Virus record (IMG/VR): IMGVR_UViG_2648501669_000017
Strand: one strand, 5' to 3'
From: a virus
Taxonomy: Duplodnaviria; Heunggongvirae; Uroviricota; Caudoviricetes
DNA: 26,325 nucleotides
The notes below the pieces were generated by a model. It saw only the letters and a program-made list of their open reading frames with translations, did not search any database and was not told the DNA's origin. Positions 25,912 to 26,325 of this stretch are shown here, one piece after another. A program made the position numbers and the translations under genes. Within the stretch, counting starts at the first letter, position 1. Each line of letters begins with the position of its first letter.

Positions 25912-26325
25912 ATGGAAGTCAACAAAAAGCAGCTGGCTGACATTTTCGGTGCGAGTATCCGTACCATTCAGAACTGGCAGGAACAGGGAATGCCCGTTCT
26001 GCGAGGCGGTGGCAAGGGTAATGAGGTGCTTTATGACTCTGCCGCCGTTATAAAATGGTATGCCGAAAGGGATGCTGAAATTGAGAACGAAAAGCTGCGC
26101 CGGGAGGTTGAAGAACTGCGCCAGGCCAGCGAGGCAGATCTCCAGCCAGGGACTATTGAGTACGAACGCCATCGACTTACGCGTGCGCAGGCCGACGCAC
26201 AGGAACTGAAGAATGCCAGAGACTCAGCTGAAGTGGTGGAAACCGCATTCTGTACTTTCGTGCTGTCGCGGATCGCAGGTGAAATTGCCAGTATTCTCGA
26301 CGGGATCCCCCTGTCGGTGCAGCGG
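25912..26325 (+). CDS. nu1: Terminase small subunit Nu1, N-terminal part (3' end lies outside the window)
   Basis: MEVNKKQLADIFGASIRTIQNWQEQGMPVLRGGGKGNEVLYDSAAVIKWYAERDAEIENEKLRREVEELRQ... matches lambda Nu1 as recalled; ORF runs to the window edge. Confidence 0.9.
   Translation, partial: MEVNKKQLADIFGASIRTIQNWQEQGMPVLRGGGKGNEVLYDSAAVIKWYAERDAEIENEKLRREVEELRQASEADLQPGTIEYERHRLTRAQADAQELKNARDSAEVVETAFCTFVLSRIAGEIASILDGIPLSVQR

Overview
This window reads as an Escherichia coli-type chromosomal segment that runs into the left half of a mosaic lambdoid prophage. From left to right: the 3' end of an IS5 copy (1-335), a decayed pin-family invertase remnant, and a 1526-aa adhesin-like autotransporter (ypjA-like, 1142-5722). 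A 27-nt copy of the ssrA (tmRNA) 3' end on the minus strand (5884-5910) then marks an att-core-like boundary. The prophage follows in lambda prophage order: int/xis, a leftward early operon with CPS-53-like yfdP/Q/R-type genes, a cI/cro immunity switch, a CII-like gene, an O-like replication gene with internal iterons, a nin-like region (PerC-like, Dam-like methyltransferase, LexA-DBD-like, frameshifted rusA, KilA-N, DUF968), a Q antiterminator, a holin, near-lambda R/Rz/Rz1/bor, cos and the start of nu1. Three cargo loci stand out as candidates for undescribed or under-described accessory systems: (i) a tightly coupled three-gene cassette between the att fragment and int (6053-7941); (ii) an AT-rich polytopic membrane protein plus an HD-domain hydrolase in the int-xis operon (9329-10828); (iii) a compact ABC-ATPase/TOPRIM (OLD-like) protein antisense to late transcription, followed by a small wHTH protein and an orphan methyltransferase, between Q and the lysis cassette (20040-23300). 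All domain calls come from reading motifs in the translations by eye and from recalled family knowledge; no database search was run. No rRNA, intact tRNA or CRISPR array was seen.
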